Of a stretch of DNA of 64,000 bases, positions 37,930 to 51,217 are shown one piece after another. Made by a program: the position numbers and the translations under genes. This stretch comes from Amphiscolops sp. MND2022 (taxonomy: Eukaryota). The notes beneath the pieces were generated by a model. The model had not been told where the DNA came from and did no database searches. It saw only the letters and a program-made list of their open reading frames with translations. Position 1 is the stretch's first letter; each line of letters opens with the position of its first letter. The stretch spans positions 54,066,001 to 54,130,000 of the forward strand of contig OZ076409.1 in the NCBI GenBank assembly GCA_964187785.1, written 5' to 3'.

Positions 37930-39739
37930 TTCTGCAGAGATCTGATAAATGAGAAATTCAGTTTTCTAGCAGCACTCATCCCACAGAAATCATTTGATAG
38001 TCAATTTACATTTTTATTTGAACTATTTTCCCCCCTTATTTCTTACTTGAAGATGAGTGACGCTTTTAGCTGGCCCTTTTTGAAAAAAATGCACAACTCT
38101 TACAGTGGCACCCCGAAGTTCCAGGCACCCCGAAGCATTCCACTTTTGTGAAATTTTGAGTAGCTCATAAATTTTAACAAAAGTGGGCCCGCCATTTGGT
38201 CCAGAGGTCAACGCGGATTTCCGGGCCTGGCGATAGAGTTTGAGAAGCAGGACTCCCGCACGTAAACCATTTTTAGGCTTACAAACTTAGAGGGAAGAGT
38301 AAAGCGTCCCCCTTTGGATTTTTTCTGTATTATTCGAGTTTTTTTCTGAATTTCCTAAATAAAGCCCTCCTTCAATCTTCAGCAGGAACAAAGCGTTTTG
38401 CGAGCATGGAAGAACCCCTTAAAATTTTTCGGCACTATGCTATCTATCGAGAAAAAACATTTCCCATACACTTTTTGTGTTTTTTTAGGATTTCTCTCAA
38501 AGAACTGTTTTCCGAGTCCTAAGGGTGACAATTTTTTTCTAGGTCCCGTGGGACTGATTAGTTTTCTCAATACCTGTGGAAAAGACACGGTTTTAGCGGC
38601 AATGTGCGACTTTTTTTGATAAAAACTTTGAAAAAATCCATTTCGCTTTCAAAAATACGTTTTGCGTACTTACAAAGGTCTCTTTTTGGGTTTTTCTTCG
38701 GAACTTAAAGAATTTTTCCGGAACGAAAAAAATTGACTTTTTTAAACAAACATCCCATATTGAGCTTTCCTTGAAAATCTGTAAAGATCTGTGAGCCAAT
38801 TTTCCTTGAGGATCTGTAAAGATCGTGCCACTGCTACGTAAGGACAACTGCAGATCTGCAAGGATCTTTACAGATGTTCAAAGAATTTCTGTACAGATTT
38901 TTCAGGCAAATTTTTTCCGCACCTTCTAGTGAAACTATGCATTTCATTTTTTAGCTTCTTCAGTAGATATTTTTGCTGACCAATGCTCAGACAGATGAAA
39001 CTCTCCATCACTCAAAATTCTTGAGCAGGAAATCTTGTCCCCATCACGGTAATTTTGGTGTCTGGGGAATGTTCGGTGTTGGTTATACGCTGTAATTTAT
39101 CCATTTCATTTGAACTTTCCAGAAGTAGTTTTTCAACTTTGAGATGCTCGTTTGCCATCTTGACTCCGTTTTGACGGATGAAATTTGACATGTGACAACC
39201 TTCTGGGTTGGTAGAGGTGTTGATAGAGTGCTGTGGTTGTATTATTTCGGGAACATGGTTTGCTGGAGTAGTTTTAGTACTGCTGGAAACTCGGAATACG
39301 TTATACTAATTTATTGGTATGGTTAATTTTTAACAAATCCTGGAATATCTGCAAGGATTTGTACAGATCTGTACACATTCGCACAGAAACTTTTTTTAAA
39401 ACTTCAAATAAGAGGCGTGTTTTTTTCGTAGAGCACTTTTTAAACAACTAATTTCTTTTTCGAAAACTGAATTTATGACTATTCACTTTTCGAACAACCC
39501 TGGAATATCTGTCAGGATCTGTGCAGATCTGTACAGATTCGCAGGGAGTGCTCAACATGGGATTGGTTTTCAAAATATTTCGGTTATTTTTTGGTGTGAT
39601 ATAGTTTTTCACGAAAAAGTCCCTTCGCATATTCTAAACACTTTTTGCTTTTTGAACCTTGAGCTTTTGAATCTTTGAACGGGCGCCGACTTGGGCCGTT
39701 CCCAGTTTGTTTTATCGATGAAAATTAGGCAAACACGAA

Positions 39740-41510
39740 GAAAAATTTTTTTCTCAAAAAACGAACAGTTGGGGCCAGAGATGAATGAAGACGGAATGAA
39801 CGAATTTACGAAAACACCCCAACAAAATTACTAAAAGACGTGAAGTCATTTCTTGCGCCCGATTCATCATAATTGACATTGAATTTGTTCAGCAAAACTA
39901 AAGACAAACTGAAGCGACTGCTAGGCAATAGTGAATGCAACAATGAAAGGCAGTCACGGCTTCGATGCTTTGAAAAAGATATAAAAAGATTCCGAAACTG
40001 GTGCATTTTTTCCTTTTCCCTGACTTTAGTCAAAACGGATGACATCACTCTCCTTTTAAGATCCGTTTATTGGCAAGAGAAAAAATTAAAGCCCTAGAAA
40101 CGATATACTTCCAAACTGTTTCCTGAACGACGCTGAGAAAACGTACTCGATAAACGAAATAGAACTACTAGTTTTTTTCATTTTGAACCAAAATCATGCT
40201 CAAAACAAATCACAAATCGCTACAACTGCTTCTACGAGAACAATTGAACGCACGAACAGCATAATGCAAGCAGGACAGGTAGAGTGCAAGGCCCAAAAAG
40301 ATGGATTGCCTATAGTAATTTGATGCATCGATGGTTAGTCCCGTTGGTTAATCGGAACAGTCGAATAGAAAACAAGCCGGGAACGGCCCAAGTCGGCGCC
40401 ATATCTAAGGCTCAAAAATAGCAAAAGGACTTCAATGTGTCAGGTATTCTCTTCTACAAAACCCACGTGAGAAAAAACTAGAAAAAAAATTAAATTTTTT
40501 TTTGAATTTTTTTTTGATTTTTTTTTGGTCCTCGGTAAGTCGCATAGTGCCGACAAATGTAAAAGGGAGCATTTGGGAGTTTTTGAACATCCATTCTTTG
40601 GAAAAATGGGGAAAAATGAAGGGGGACCCTCTGGAGACATTAAAAAAATTTGCGAAAAAAAGTCTCACAAAGCCGAAAACAAACCTGCACAAAAAAATTT
40701 TGGTCATGGCGGGACTCGAACCCATGTCATTTTGCTTGTCAGACCTCGAAAAAGCCGTAGTGGCCAAGTGGCAGTGAAGTAGTGTGGCACAGTTTAGTGT
40801 TAGTGCCGGTTTAGTGCCAACTTATAAAATTTATAAAATCTGTCAGTTCGTTGGTCTTGAAAAAAAAAAGAAGTCACTACTATAGTCTGCGTTTTTCTTC
40901 GAAAAGCGCCGACTAAAAATGCAGAAGAAGGGACGAACAAGCAGTAGTACCTGCAACGATTGCAGATCGCTAAATCGAAGAAGGGTGGGAACAACATCCG
41001 GGTCATGGAAAGACCTTATGATGGATCTAGAGCACCTCATGAAACAAACTAGAAAAATCACGGAACTGTGGATTGGGATAGACGTCATCACAAGAAACAA
41101 CTTGAATGACTACAGTTTGCACTTAGATCAATGAGAAAAACATACGAGAAATGGGAAATCACTTTTCCAACTGCTTTTGGATCACAAAACTGAGGAAAAA
41201 AGATTCATTTGAAATTTGATAAAAATTGAAAAAGCATTAAAATGGTTAAAATCAAAGAATGCATTTTGCCCCTAATGGAGAAACATTGGTAGCACCAGTC
41301 AAGGACGATTCGAAGCCTATGGAAACTTCGACAGCCACCAGGAAACCATCTTCCAAAGATACTGTGGATTTCACGAAATCAACATCGGGTGCGAGCAACA
41401 AAGGAGAGACACCTCAAAACCAGGGCCCGTTTAACCGGAAGTTACGAGGCAGTCATCTAGTGAACATATTCTAGTCTTAACATTGGGGGCAATTTATATG
41501 TCACAGATTA
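39740..41510 (+). mobile_element. Highly decayed Ty3/Gypsy pol remnant, interrupted by a HINE
   Basis: Translated pieces LKDVKSFL, FLNDAEKTYSINEIELL (40120-40170), TNHKSL and KDLMMDLEHLMKQT parallel the RT-RNase H and linker of the intact element at 51863-56563. Ends approximate. Confidence 0.6.
40371..40919 (-). mobile_element. HINE family A copy with tRNA-like B-box module
   Basis: AACAAGCCGGGAACGGCCCAAGTCGGCGCC...AAAAGCGCCGACTAAAAA; GGCGGGACTCGAACCC at 40708-40723. Confidence 0.8.
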
Positions 41511-41520
41511 TAACAAAAAT

Positions 41521-41985
41521 AACAATCCGGGACCGGCCCAAGTCGGCGCCATATCCAAAGCTCAAAAATAACAAAAGGACATCAAAGTTTCAAAGTATTA
41601 TCTACAACACTAAAAATTTTTTTGAAAAAAAATTCACAACGCCGAAAAAAAATTGAAAGGGGGCCCTCTGGGATTTTTTTATACCCAGTCTGTCGCAAAA
41701 CCCAAAACAAATTGAAGGGGGACCCTTTGGGGAAAATTTTGTTTCCGAAAAGAAGTCTCGCAATGCCGAAAAAAACTGAAATGGGGACCCTTTGGTCTCG
41801 TCCGGCATTGTATGTTATGCGGGAAACTTTTTGGTTCTCTTCCCTGGGCCAACAGGTGAAATTTGAAATTTTGAAGAACTTTTGGTAGAACTATTTTGGT
41901 CAGTTCAGGTGGTCTTAAAACAAAACACTGACGAAAAGCCATGACTATAGTCGACTCTTTTCTCTAGAAAAGCGCCGACTAAAAA
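41521..41985 (-). mobile_element. HINE family A copy
   Basis: Both terminal modules present (CAAGTCGGCGCC ... AGCGCCGACTAAAAA). Confidence 0.8.
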
Positions 41986-42351
41986 GGTGGATTTTGTTGC
42001 AGGATACCTCTCCATTGATAACAAGTAAAAAAGGAAGGACTCCTCAAAAAGAGAGCCCAGAAACCCACCGGTTTCCTCATCTCAACTTTAGACAATCCGT
42101 GTGCTCAATTGATGGAAGTGTAGTTGAACACACTACTCTTAACTGGTATGCGGAAAAGTCGTCGAAAACAACTCGCCGCAAAGAAAGGTAGGAAAACTCG
42201 TCGAAAATTAACTCGTCGAAAATCGAAGAAGTGCAAACTCGCCGAATAATTAAGCAGCACCAATTAAGCACGAATTAAGCAAACGCGTCTCGGGTAAATT
42301 GAATAATTGGTTGCCAATTTTATGAGTCCAGCTAAAGATAACTCCAGATTG

Positions 42352-42885
42352 AAACAAGCTGGGAACGGCCCAAGTGGGCGCCATATCTAAGGCTCACAAA
42401 TGGCAACAGGACTTCAAAGTGTCAAGTATTCTCCTCTACAGTACCCGCATAAAGAAGAAACTGAAAAAAATTCGAAATTTTTTTGTACTCCGGTAAGTCG
42501 CATAGGGCCAAAAAATGTGAAAAGGGGCCCTTTGGGAGTTTTTGAACATCCATTTTTTTACAAACTAGAAACAAAATTGAAGGGGGACCCTTTGGAGACA
42601 TTTAAAAAAGTTGCGAAAAAAGTCTTGCAAAGCCAAAATAACCTGCACAAAAAGTTTTTTGGTCCAGGGCGGGACTCGAACCCACGTCCTTCTGCTTGGT
42701 AGAATTCAAAAAAGCCTAATGAACCTCTATGCCATGTTCCAGTGGAAGTAGTTTGGCAGTTAGTAATAGTGCAAGTCAGCTTATAAAGCTTATAAAAACT
42801 GTCATTTCGTTGGTCTTAAAAAAAAAGAAAAAAAGAAAAGTCACTGCTATAGTCTGCGTTTTCTACGAAAAGCGCCCACTAAAAA
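42352..42885 (-). mobile_element. HINE family A copy with co-mutated ATIRs, inserted in the MULE
   Basis: AGTGGGCGC (42373-42381) / GCGCCCACT (42872-42880); B-box module near 42668-42683. Confidence 0.8.
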
Positions 42886-43007
42886 CAAAAGGTGGTAATT
42901 GAAAGAAGAGATAACTTTGCCGCTATTATGTTCCAAAAATCCAAATCATTGTTGTTGCTTACATTGCCATCATTCAGCTTTATTATTATCAATCGAAATC
43001 ATTCAAC

Positions 43008-43533
43008 ATGAGCATTGAATACGTGAACTTGCAAAGGTCAAAATACTTGATATTCAATCATTTTGTCTATCTGAAAGATAGAGAATGACAAGGTACCACG
43101 TACTGGAGATGTGAAAACAGAGGCTCTTGCTCAACAAGAATCCATATGCATTGCCATACCGTCGTGAAAGACACCGATAGCCACAACTTTGCCCCAGATG
43201 CTGCAAAAATTGAAATCCTGATAGCTCTCGCAAAAATGTACGAGCTAACAACGACCTCTGATATGATACCGCTGTGCATATTCAGCTCTGTTTCTCTGCA
43301 GCTACCGGACAGTGCTAAAGTGAAACTTCCGGAAGTTTTTTTCCCTGATAAGATCTCTCCGCAAGAAACGAGTTGATACTATTGCGGCACCCCATAAATA
43401 CGAGCGAGACAGCTTCAGATTTCCGGATTCAACCAAGAACCTGCCTTCCTTCGTGCTGTCTGACAGCGTTGGCAATAATCTCCGCTTCATAATCTTTGGC
43501 ACCCCGGCCTCAATAGCTGCTTTGACGTCTTTT
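43008..43533 (+). pseudogene. N-terminal remnant of a FLYWCH-type MULE transposase
   Basis: MSIEYVNLQRSKYLIFNHFVYLKDRE*QGTTYWRCENRGSCSTRIH..SHNFAPDAAKIE (FLYWCH-like), then after a frameshift LIRSLRKKR..FVLSDSVGNNLRFIIFGT; truncated before the DDE core. Confidence 0.75.
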
Positions 43534-45740
43534 TCCAACTTTTTTCCAACTTTTTACCCTTAACGGTTTATTCGGGGATATTACTTTAATGTTCTTGTTT
43601 GTTACCAGACAAGCAGCAAAATACGTACAATCGACTCTTCTGTGCGATAAAATTTTTTCGCCCCGATTTCAACCCTGTGACAATCAATATAGACTTCAAA
43701 TCAGCGTCACTGTCAATCAAACGTAATTAGGTCACATGTGTGTCCTGTAAGACGCTCTCACTTTGATACTTTTATTTTCTCAATGGCTGAGTCAATTATC
43801 CACTCGACTGAGGTTAGTTTACTTTGGTATTAGACGAGCTTTCCGCTGTTGTCTTTTCGGCGAGTTGCTTTTCGACGTGTTTTCCGCCTTTTAATTTCGA
43901 CGTGTTGTTTTCGACGAGTTGTTTTCGGCGAGTTGTTTTCGACGAGTTTTTCTAGATTCGTCTTAACTACGAACGAATAAACCTTATCCCTCGTCTCGAG
44001 CTTTTCATGTTTTTGACATCTCAGCTTCAAGTATAGCTTTCTCTCAAGTTTTTCCAAAACTTTGTATGTTTCATCGGTGCGAAACCAAGTACTCTTTTTA
44101 CATTACTGGTACACTGTGAAATTTTAATTTTCTGAAAGTCAGTTTTTGCTATATCTCCTTCTGATCAAAGCTTATCGTCTCTGCGTGCAGGGCTCATAGA
44201 ATTAGTACACATTACACTACAAGTAAGTTTTGAAAGTCCGAAGTATTTATGAGGTCAGGTTAACTTCAAATCAAACGCTTATTCTCTTGTTCAATCTATT
44301 GAGGGCAAAAGCAAGTAGATCCTGTGATCTATCATAAATTAAACAAGCTTTCAGTGCTAGACAAGCAAAATTTCGTGGTGTCTTCAAATGTTCTTGAGTA
44401 CTTCCTTCCAATCCTGCTGAGCTGCGTCAGATATTCAATTAGACCGAAATTATGACTCCAGAAATTCATATTTCCAATTGCCTCTATTGAATTAAAGCTG
44501 CAAAATCATAATTACTTTTGTTGTCGTAAGTCTGCATTATCTTTATAGATGCGCACTGTCAAATTTTGTAACAATAATTCGAAACGTCCGAAACAAAAAA
44601 TTGTCATAATGGAGTACACTCAGGTTGACCATCAGGGCTCGTTTTCTAATATTCCTCAATTATGTCCGAGTTTTCATGGCTGTACATTCATTTTCAAAGC
44701 AAATCATGGATGGAATCAAGCTGTATCTGACCCATGGATAATATCATGCATGATGATCATCCATGCTTCTTCCATGGATTTGATGAAACTAAGTTTCATC
44801 AAAAAGAGTTTTTTATTTATTATATAAATATAGATATAGATAATTTATAGCTTCTAAGCCCAATGTAGTCACCAATATAGCAGCAGTGTTACAAACATGT
44901 AACATACATTTTTTGTTGACTGGTCATTTTTGATATATATTTTCGAGTTACTCGTTTCCTAACATGCTTGCTCTCTGCTCTCTATCCTTGAGGAACAATC
45001 CATCTAGTCGAAATTATGCGATCTCTGTTCTACCCTGAGGCTCATTCAGTCCCCTCCGGGCTAGCTGCATGTACTAATCAATCACACTTGACAGCGATTC
45101 AAAGAAGTAGAAATACTTGTTAAAAAATTTGCACAGTGATCTCTTGATTTAATTTCATCCACTATATAACCTTGCATTTCTTATCAGTCTTTCTCAATTT
45201 TTGCAATATTCCAACAAAAGACGTCGATTACGGCTGCTAGTGAACTTTGGGAATGTCAATTTCCTCTCATTAACTTGACTTCGCATTCCCGGAGGTCTTT
45301 TGTGCTAGAAAGGAAAAACGTCAAATTTCAAGTGAAGCCTCCTGAAGAAAGGCAGCCAGCTTTTGTGGGCCTAGATTCTAATGTTATAACTTATTATAAC
45401 TACTCTTGTAATGTTATGTTATTATAACTGTGATTCAGCTAAGAGGAAATGTATCATCTGAGGTTACATCCGCTCTTGGAGAAATGAGATACTTTTCCCG
45501 GATTAATTTACGCAGTCAATTTGCGTACAAAGGAGATGGTTGGAAACAAATGAAGGAAACGAGGAGCTTGACATTACAAGAATGATTGAAAAAAAGATTG
45601 TATTCACTTATTTGTACATGTATGAAGAAGGAGCAAGATAATATGCAAACCAGATATGTTTCCATTACATTTTCCAAGTTTTTCCATCCATGCTTTTCCT
45701 TCCAAAATTGTTTGATAGATTCAAGCCAGTTTCGAATGCA

Positions 45741-46182
45741 AACAAGCCGGGAACGGCATAAGTCGGCGCCATATCTAAAGCTCAAAAATAGCAAAAAGAC
45801 TACAAAGTGTCAAGTATTCTCTTTTACAGTACTCGAAAAACAACAACCGAGAATTGGCGCGCCGGGGGACTCTTTCGAATTTTTCAACATCCATTCTGTC
45901 GCAAAACATCGAAAAAATGAGGAGGGACCCTTTGAGAAAAAAAATCGAAAAAGTCTCACACTGCCGAAAAAAAACTGAAAAGGGGATCCTTTAGTCTCGC
46001 CTGATGTTGTATGCTACACTAAAAAAACAACTTTCATATTTCAGTTCCTTGTGCCAAATGGTCTAATTTGGAACCTTAAAGTTCCGTAGAACTTTGTAGA
46101 ACTATTTTGGTCAGTTCGTGTGGATTTATAAAAAAGTCACTAGTATAGTCGCGTTTCACTTTATGAAGCGCCGACTAAAAAA
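45741..46182 (-). mobile_element. HINE family A copy
   Basis: AACAAGCCGGGAACGGCATAAGTCGGCGCC ... GAAGCGCCGACTAAAAAA. Confidence 0.8.
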
Positions 46183-48224
46183 TACAGTTGATGCTAGAGA
46201 AACTGTCATTCCTTGTCAAATCACTCCAACTATCAAAAAACCTAGTAGATAGCAGAGTTACAAATATGACAACTCTTTTCTGGACTTTCAAGAAGTCATC
46301 TATGATATTCATTTCAAGCCAAAACAAAATCCAAGGGGTTTCCTCTGGAATTTCAATTTGGTTTATCAAGGTCCCAGAGATTAGCAGTGAAACATGTGTG
46401 ACTAATTCTCCTGACCCAAATCCCAATCTTGCAGAGGTGGCGCGAACCCACTTTCAATTATTTACATGCGTAATAATCGATCTAAAGTGACTCGAGGGAA
46501 GTTTTGAAGACTGGGGTAAACACCCAAACATTGGTCGTTACTCTTCTAAACGTAAAGTCGCAAGAAGGAATGCCACTCCTAGCAAATGTAATAACGTAAA
46601 TCCAGCTATTAACAACATGCGTTTAGTCGATAAAGGAATAAACATGAAAGAAGTGGTTTATTGCTTGATTTATTAACTATTGAACTGAAGTGTAATTGGT
46701 TTTATATCTACGATTATAAAGTCGAACACCTTTATCAAAATTGAGACTTCTTTCCGCAGTCTTGTCAGTTCGAAAATGGTGGCTAGGAAGTTTCGATGAA
46801 ACTTGAAACTTCAATCACTCTTAACATTTCGTTTCTAAGTCCAGCTAAAACGAAGGGGTCTCAAAAACTTTTAAGAACTCGTATATGTTCCATTTGAGTT
46901 GAAACAACTCTGCTTAAATGAGATTTGTCAATATATTAGGTAATTTCTTTTCATTGTCTCAATTGAAAATATAAGTAATCAGTATTGATGTTCGGTGATT
47001 TGAATCACCCAAATTCAGTAATAAAATTTATCACCAGGTCCTAATTTCTAATTTAGCTAAGCAATGTTTCATCACGGAAGTATTTTCTCAGAAAGCTTTT
47101 TTATCAACTTAATCAAATCAAGCAAATTTTCCCGCGAAAGCGAACTCAAAACCATACTAAAGATTATAAGAGTAGGTTATATGAAAAATAAGTCATTTTT
47201 GAATGAGCCTGAAAACATTTAATTCGTGACATCCCCCTTTCGTTGATTCCGAAGATGCTATGACAATTTGGTGCAGCAATACGAAAAATCCCCAAGCACC
47301 TGAAAGTTTTACGCTCTGTAGAATTTTTCATGGTAATGTAGTTGTTATTGGCCATCAGATATATGTCCGTGTAGATGATGATTTTGGAGACTTCCTGTTT
47401 CAAGCCATCAAACCTAGTGCTGGAGTCATAAATACATTTGTGGTTCGATTTTTTCGGCTCAAAAGGAGTTTCTTTGGACAAAGATTTCGTTTCAAAGGGA
47501 GGCGGAAATTTCGTCGTCAGAAACTTTGTCGTAAGAAATTTCGTCGTCTTGGCAAATCCAGTAACTTCGTCGTCAGAAATTTCGTCGTATTGATTAGAAT
47601 TAATAGCGTTCACAAAAAGATATCATTTGAATTATTCAATTAATTAATTAATAAAATGAGTTCTTAGGAAATACTTTCATTTTGACACCAAAATTGAGTC
47701 AAAAAGTTGATTGAAATCAATCAACTCATCAAGCCGCCTACTGAGCAATGGTATATTTTCAGTCCTACCGGTGAAACTACTTACCGGCCCTGGATGGAAC
47801 TGCTTGAACTTTTTCCAAGTTTTTGTAGGCTACCAAGCTAATTTTTCATGATTTTATAAAATTCTCCAGGAAACGTCCATGCATTAAAACGTCACTGATG
47901 CAATTTAATTTTATCAAGCTGCCTATAAGATGCATCCTAAATTTGGCGACAATTCCGAGCCGCGAAGTTTAGAAGGTTTCATCAGACGCCGTTCTAGTTT
48001 TGAAAGCAGCTTAGACCTTCATCAATTTTACCGGGTTTCAATGCAAATACTTTTCAGTCACATTATAAGTTTCAAAGTAGCGTCATATTCAGCGTGCTAT
48101 TTGACTAATGGTGTTTACATAAGGTAGTTGCTTGAGGAACTTACGCGTGAAAACAAAGTGAACGTGGTGATGAAGAAGTGGAAATGTTTTCAGTTTTAAC
48201 TCAAATAGTGAAAGCTGCATTGTA

Positions 48225-49487
48225 CAGTCGTGATTTAAAAGAATGCGACCGATTAAGCTGAACTAAATCTACAAAATTGGAATTATTCACGCGAATAACA
48301 AAGCCTCTTGAGTAAAGAAAGTCGTCAATCGACAGATAATTAAAGTAGTTATCTCCATGTTACTTTATTTACTAACAACTATGCCTGAAAGAAGTCTGAA
48401 AACACGTGCAAATGTTATAAAACTTAAGTCACAAAATTTTACTTTTTGTCAAAATTCCAAAATTACCAAAGTACATAAAGCAACTGTATCACGCATTATC
48501 ATTCGCTATGAAAAACGTGGTCATGTGGAAAACACAAAAAGTCCCGGGCGACCAAGAAAAGTGACCGGAAGAGTAGAAAGAGTAGTCACACTGGCGTCAA
48601 AAAACACCCTTTTTTGAAATCAACGCAGTTAAGAAATTTTACAAAAGTCGATCTGTCCAGCTCTACCATGCGAAGAATCCTTGTTAAGTATGGCCTCCGA
48701 AGCAAAATATGTCCCAAAATCCAAATTTTGGACAAAAATTGTGAAAAACGCAAGCACTGGGCCAAGCAGATGGTAATGGAGAAAACCCCGGATTTCTGGA
48801 ATAGTGTTATTTTTTCGGACGAAGCAATATTGGAGTTGAATTGCAGAAAGCAAAATCTTGTTAGACGGCAGAACAAAAAAGATACGACCCCCAATTTATT
48901 GTTAATTCTAGTAATTACGCACGGAAGAAATTGATGGTTTGTGGCTGTATTCGGTCAAATGGCGATCGACTTCTCATTCCGAATAAAAACAAGGTAGATT
49001 CCGATGTGTATATCAAAATATTGAAAGACAATGTTGTGGACTTTCTTTATATGCATGAAACCTTCCAGCAAGACAACGCACCAGCCCAGACGTCGCTAAA
49101 ATCCCGAAACTTTTTTTTGGAAAATGGATTCACTATCCTAGAAAATTGGCCACCACAGTCCCCAGATATCAATATTATAGAAAATATGTGGAGCATTTTG
49201 AAGAAGAATGTTCACAAAAGGAGACCCGAAACAGTGGATGAACTTTGGACCATTGCACAAGAAGAATTTCATAAAATTCTTCAAACTTATGTGGCAAAAC
49301 TTTATGAGTCAATTCCTCGCAGACTTGAACCAGTTGTAAAGTATTCTGGACATCCCACAAAATATTATATTAATCTTTTGGGTTGCGTTTGCTATTTTTT
49401 TGCCTAATTTTGACTTTTATCGCAGTTTTTCTGTAAATTCTGGCATCCAATTCAGTTTTTTAGTCGCATTCTTTTAAATCACGACTG
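48225..49487 (+). mobile_element. Tc1/mariner-superfamily DNA transposon, 1263 bp
   Basis: Perfect 25-bp TIRs CAGTCGTGATTTAAAAGAATGCGAC (48225-48249 / 49463-49487), with TA duplicated on both sides. Confidence 0.95.
48381..49407 (+). pseudogene. Tc1-like transposase, broken by frameshifts
   Basis: HTH with GRPRK, VIFSDE, FQQDNAP and WPPQSPDINIIENMW spread over three ORF pieces (48357-48617, 48614-48934, 48931-49407). Confidence 0.9.
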
Positions 49488-50970
49488 TAATCCTACAAAA
49501 TGTTTCCATGAATGGTCCCTGAATTTTCCATTTTTCATAAAAAATTAGCCGGCAATTTTTGAAGGTGCCTGTAAAACTTCGCGGCAACTTTGACTAGGGG
49601 GGCTTTACAATAAAATTTAAGCTCGTTCAAGGGAAAATTTTTACTTTTTTGTCAGAAAATTATCAAACAATCCTGGTAACTTTTGCTTGTGTTGAAACAA
49701 CTTCGTGTTGGGGGATAAGCAAAAAGGTGTATATGGGGGGGGGGTTTCAAGGAACATGGTCCAAAACGTTTTCTCTCAAAACCATTACTAAAAGTAGTCA
49801 ATGATAGTAATAATTGCGCAACTATCGCAAGACTCGATTATTATTAAGACTCAATAGAAAATGCGACGTTTTATAGAACGTAATCACCCACAGTGAAAAT
49901 TCTGACGACGAAATTTCTGGTAATCGTTCCAAACCAATATTATCCTCACAATATTGTTTGCTGTTTTCATGAACCTCTAGTACTTAAATACGGTGTCTCA
50001 GTCGTTTTAGCAATCAAAATTTTCATTATTTTTTGTTTTTAGTTAGGGAAAATTGTTTTCGTGTCTCAAAAGTCTCCTCTTGGGTATTTTTTGGTACTGT
50101 GATGTTGATGAGAGCTCGTCAAAAATTATCATTTGCATATCCCTGCTATTTTTAAGCCTTAAGCGGGGCGGAAGACTTGGGCCGTTCTCGGCTTGTTTTA
50201 ACCATTTGTTGACTTACTTGGCACTATTAAGGTGTGAACATATTTTTTCAATCAGTGTGTTCTCAGCTTTCAACTTTCCACCGCAAGAAGGCGTTAATCA
50301 AAGTGTGAAAACATTTGCACATTTGGTTTATTTTGTTCAAATGGATTGCCAAAACAACCAAAGTGTCAGTCTGATTCTTTGCTTCCTTTGGCATGGTTTC
50401 TGGCACTGACTCCCAGTCAAAACAAGAAAATTTGTCACGCTATGTCTTGTCCTGTTACAATCAGAGGCAGTTTAAAGCCATTGAAAGCTTTCAACACAAG
50501 CTTCAAATATTTTCTCTAATTTCACCCCCTTTTCAAGATGAATTCACAATTTGACCTTTTATAGCTCTAGTTGAAAGACAGTAACAGGTTACAATAGATT
50601 TACTCTTAAGTCCAGAATTTGAAAGCTTCAATAGGCGTTAATCGGGTGTCGCACTACAATGTTAACAGTCCATGCGATAGAATATAGCAGGCAAGTTTGA
50701 TTTCGAAATATCTTTTGCGAGCTGTCTGATATTATATCGACTATAGAAACTACTGAATACAGACGAAATTCTCTGAAGCAGATCGTAACAGCACCTTTAA
50801 TGAATTTTTGTTGACCAAACATGTATATCAGAATATTCCGCTCTTATTGCTTTGATTTTTTTTTTCGGTTCAATGCACGTTTTTTTCCTTCCAGAAAAGA
50901 TAACAACGTTCTGATCCTTAAGTCAGGAGAAAAATTTAGTTCTCAAAGGTAACACGCTGATTTAGAGGTG

Positions 50971-51189
50971 TGAGACACAAGCATCGACATGTGTCAATCC
51001 AACAAGTGTCTACGATAAACCTTGGCGAACGATGTGACACAAAACTACCTGCCAATGATCTTATGTTCTGAAGTCATGTACTTACAAGATAGATACACAT
51101 ATGATGATAAAGTACAGTTGCTTGACATAGTTTATGTTACTTTGAATCATTCCATTTTAATTCACTCTTTGAACTTTTCCTGACTTACA
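50971..51189 (+). repeat. 5' LTR
   Basis: TGAGACAC...GACTTACA; reads identical to 56693-56911. Confidence 0.95.
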
Positions 51190-51203
51190 TGGCGCAGTCA
51201 GCA
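51190..51203 (+). promoter_or_regulatory. Primer binding site, likely tRNA-Ser
   Basis: TGGCGCAGTCAGCA directly follows the 5' LTR; complementary to a tRNA 3' end ..UGCUGACUGCGCCA, as recalled for invertebrate tRNA-Ser(AGA). Confidence 0.75.
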
Positions 51204-51217
51204 ATCTGATCAAAACA

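Larger units (their letters stand above)
42145..43959 (+). mobile_element. Internally deleted MULE (Mutator-like) transposon with tandem-array TIRs
   Basis: Ends GGTATGCGG.. / ..CTAGATTC with AACTCGTCGAAAA arrays in inverted orientation (42150-42250, 43831-43951). Flanks CTCTTAACT / GTCTTAACT (8 of 9 identical). Contains a FLYWCH remnant. Confidence 0.8.
47497..49925. mobile_element. MULE-like non-autonomous element with AATTTCGTCGTCAG arrays, hosting the Tc1 element
   Basis: Left GGGAGGCGGAAATTTCGTCGTCAG array; right CTGACGACGAAATTTCTGGTAATC. Flanks (C)GTTTCAAA / (C)GTTCCAAA. Confidence 0.6.
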
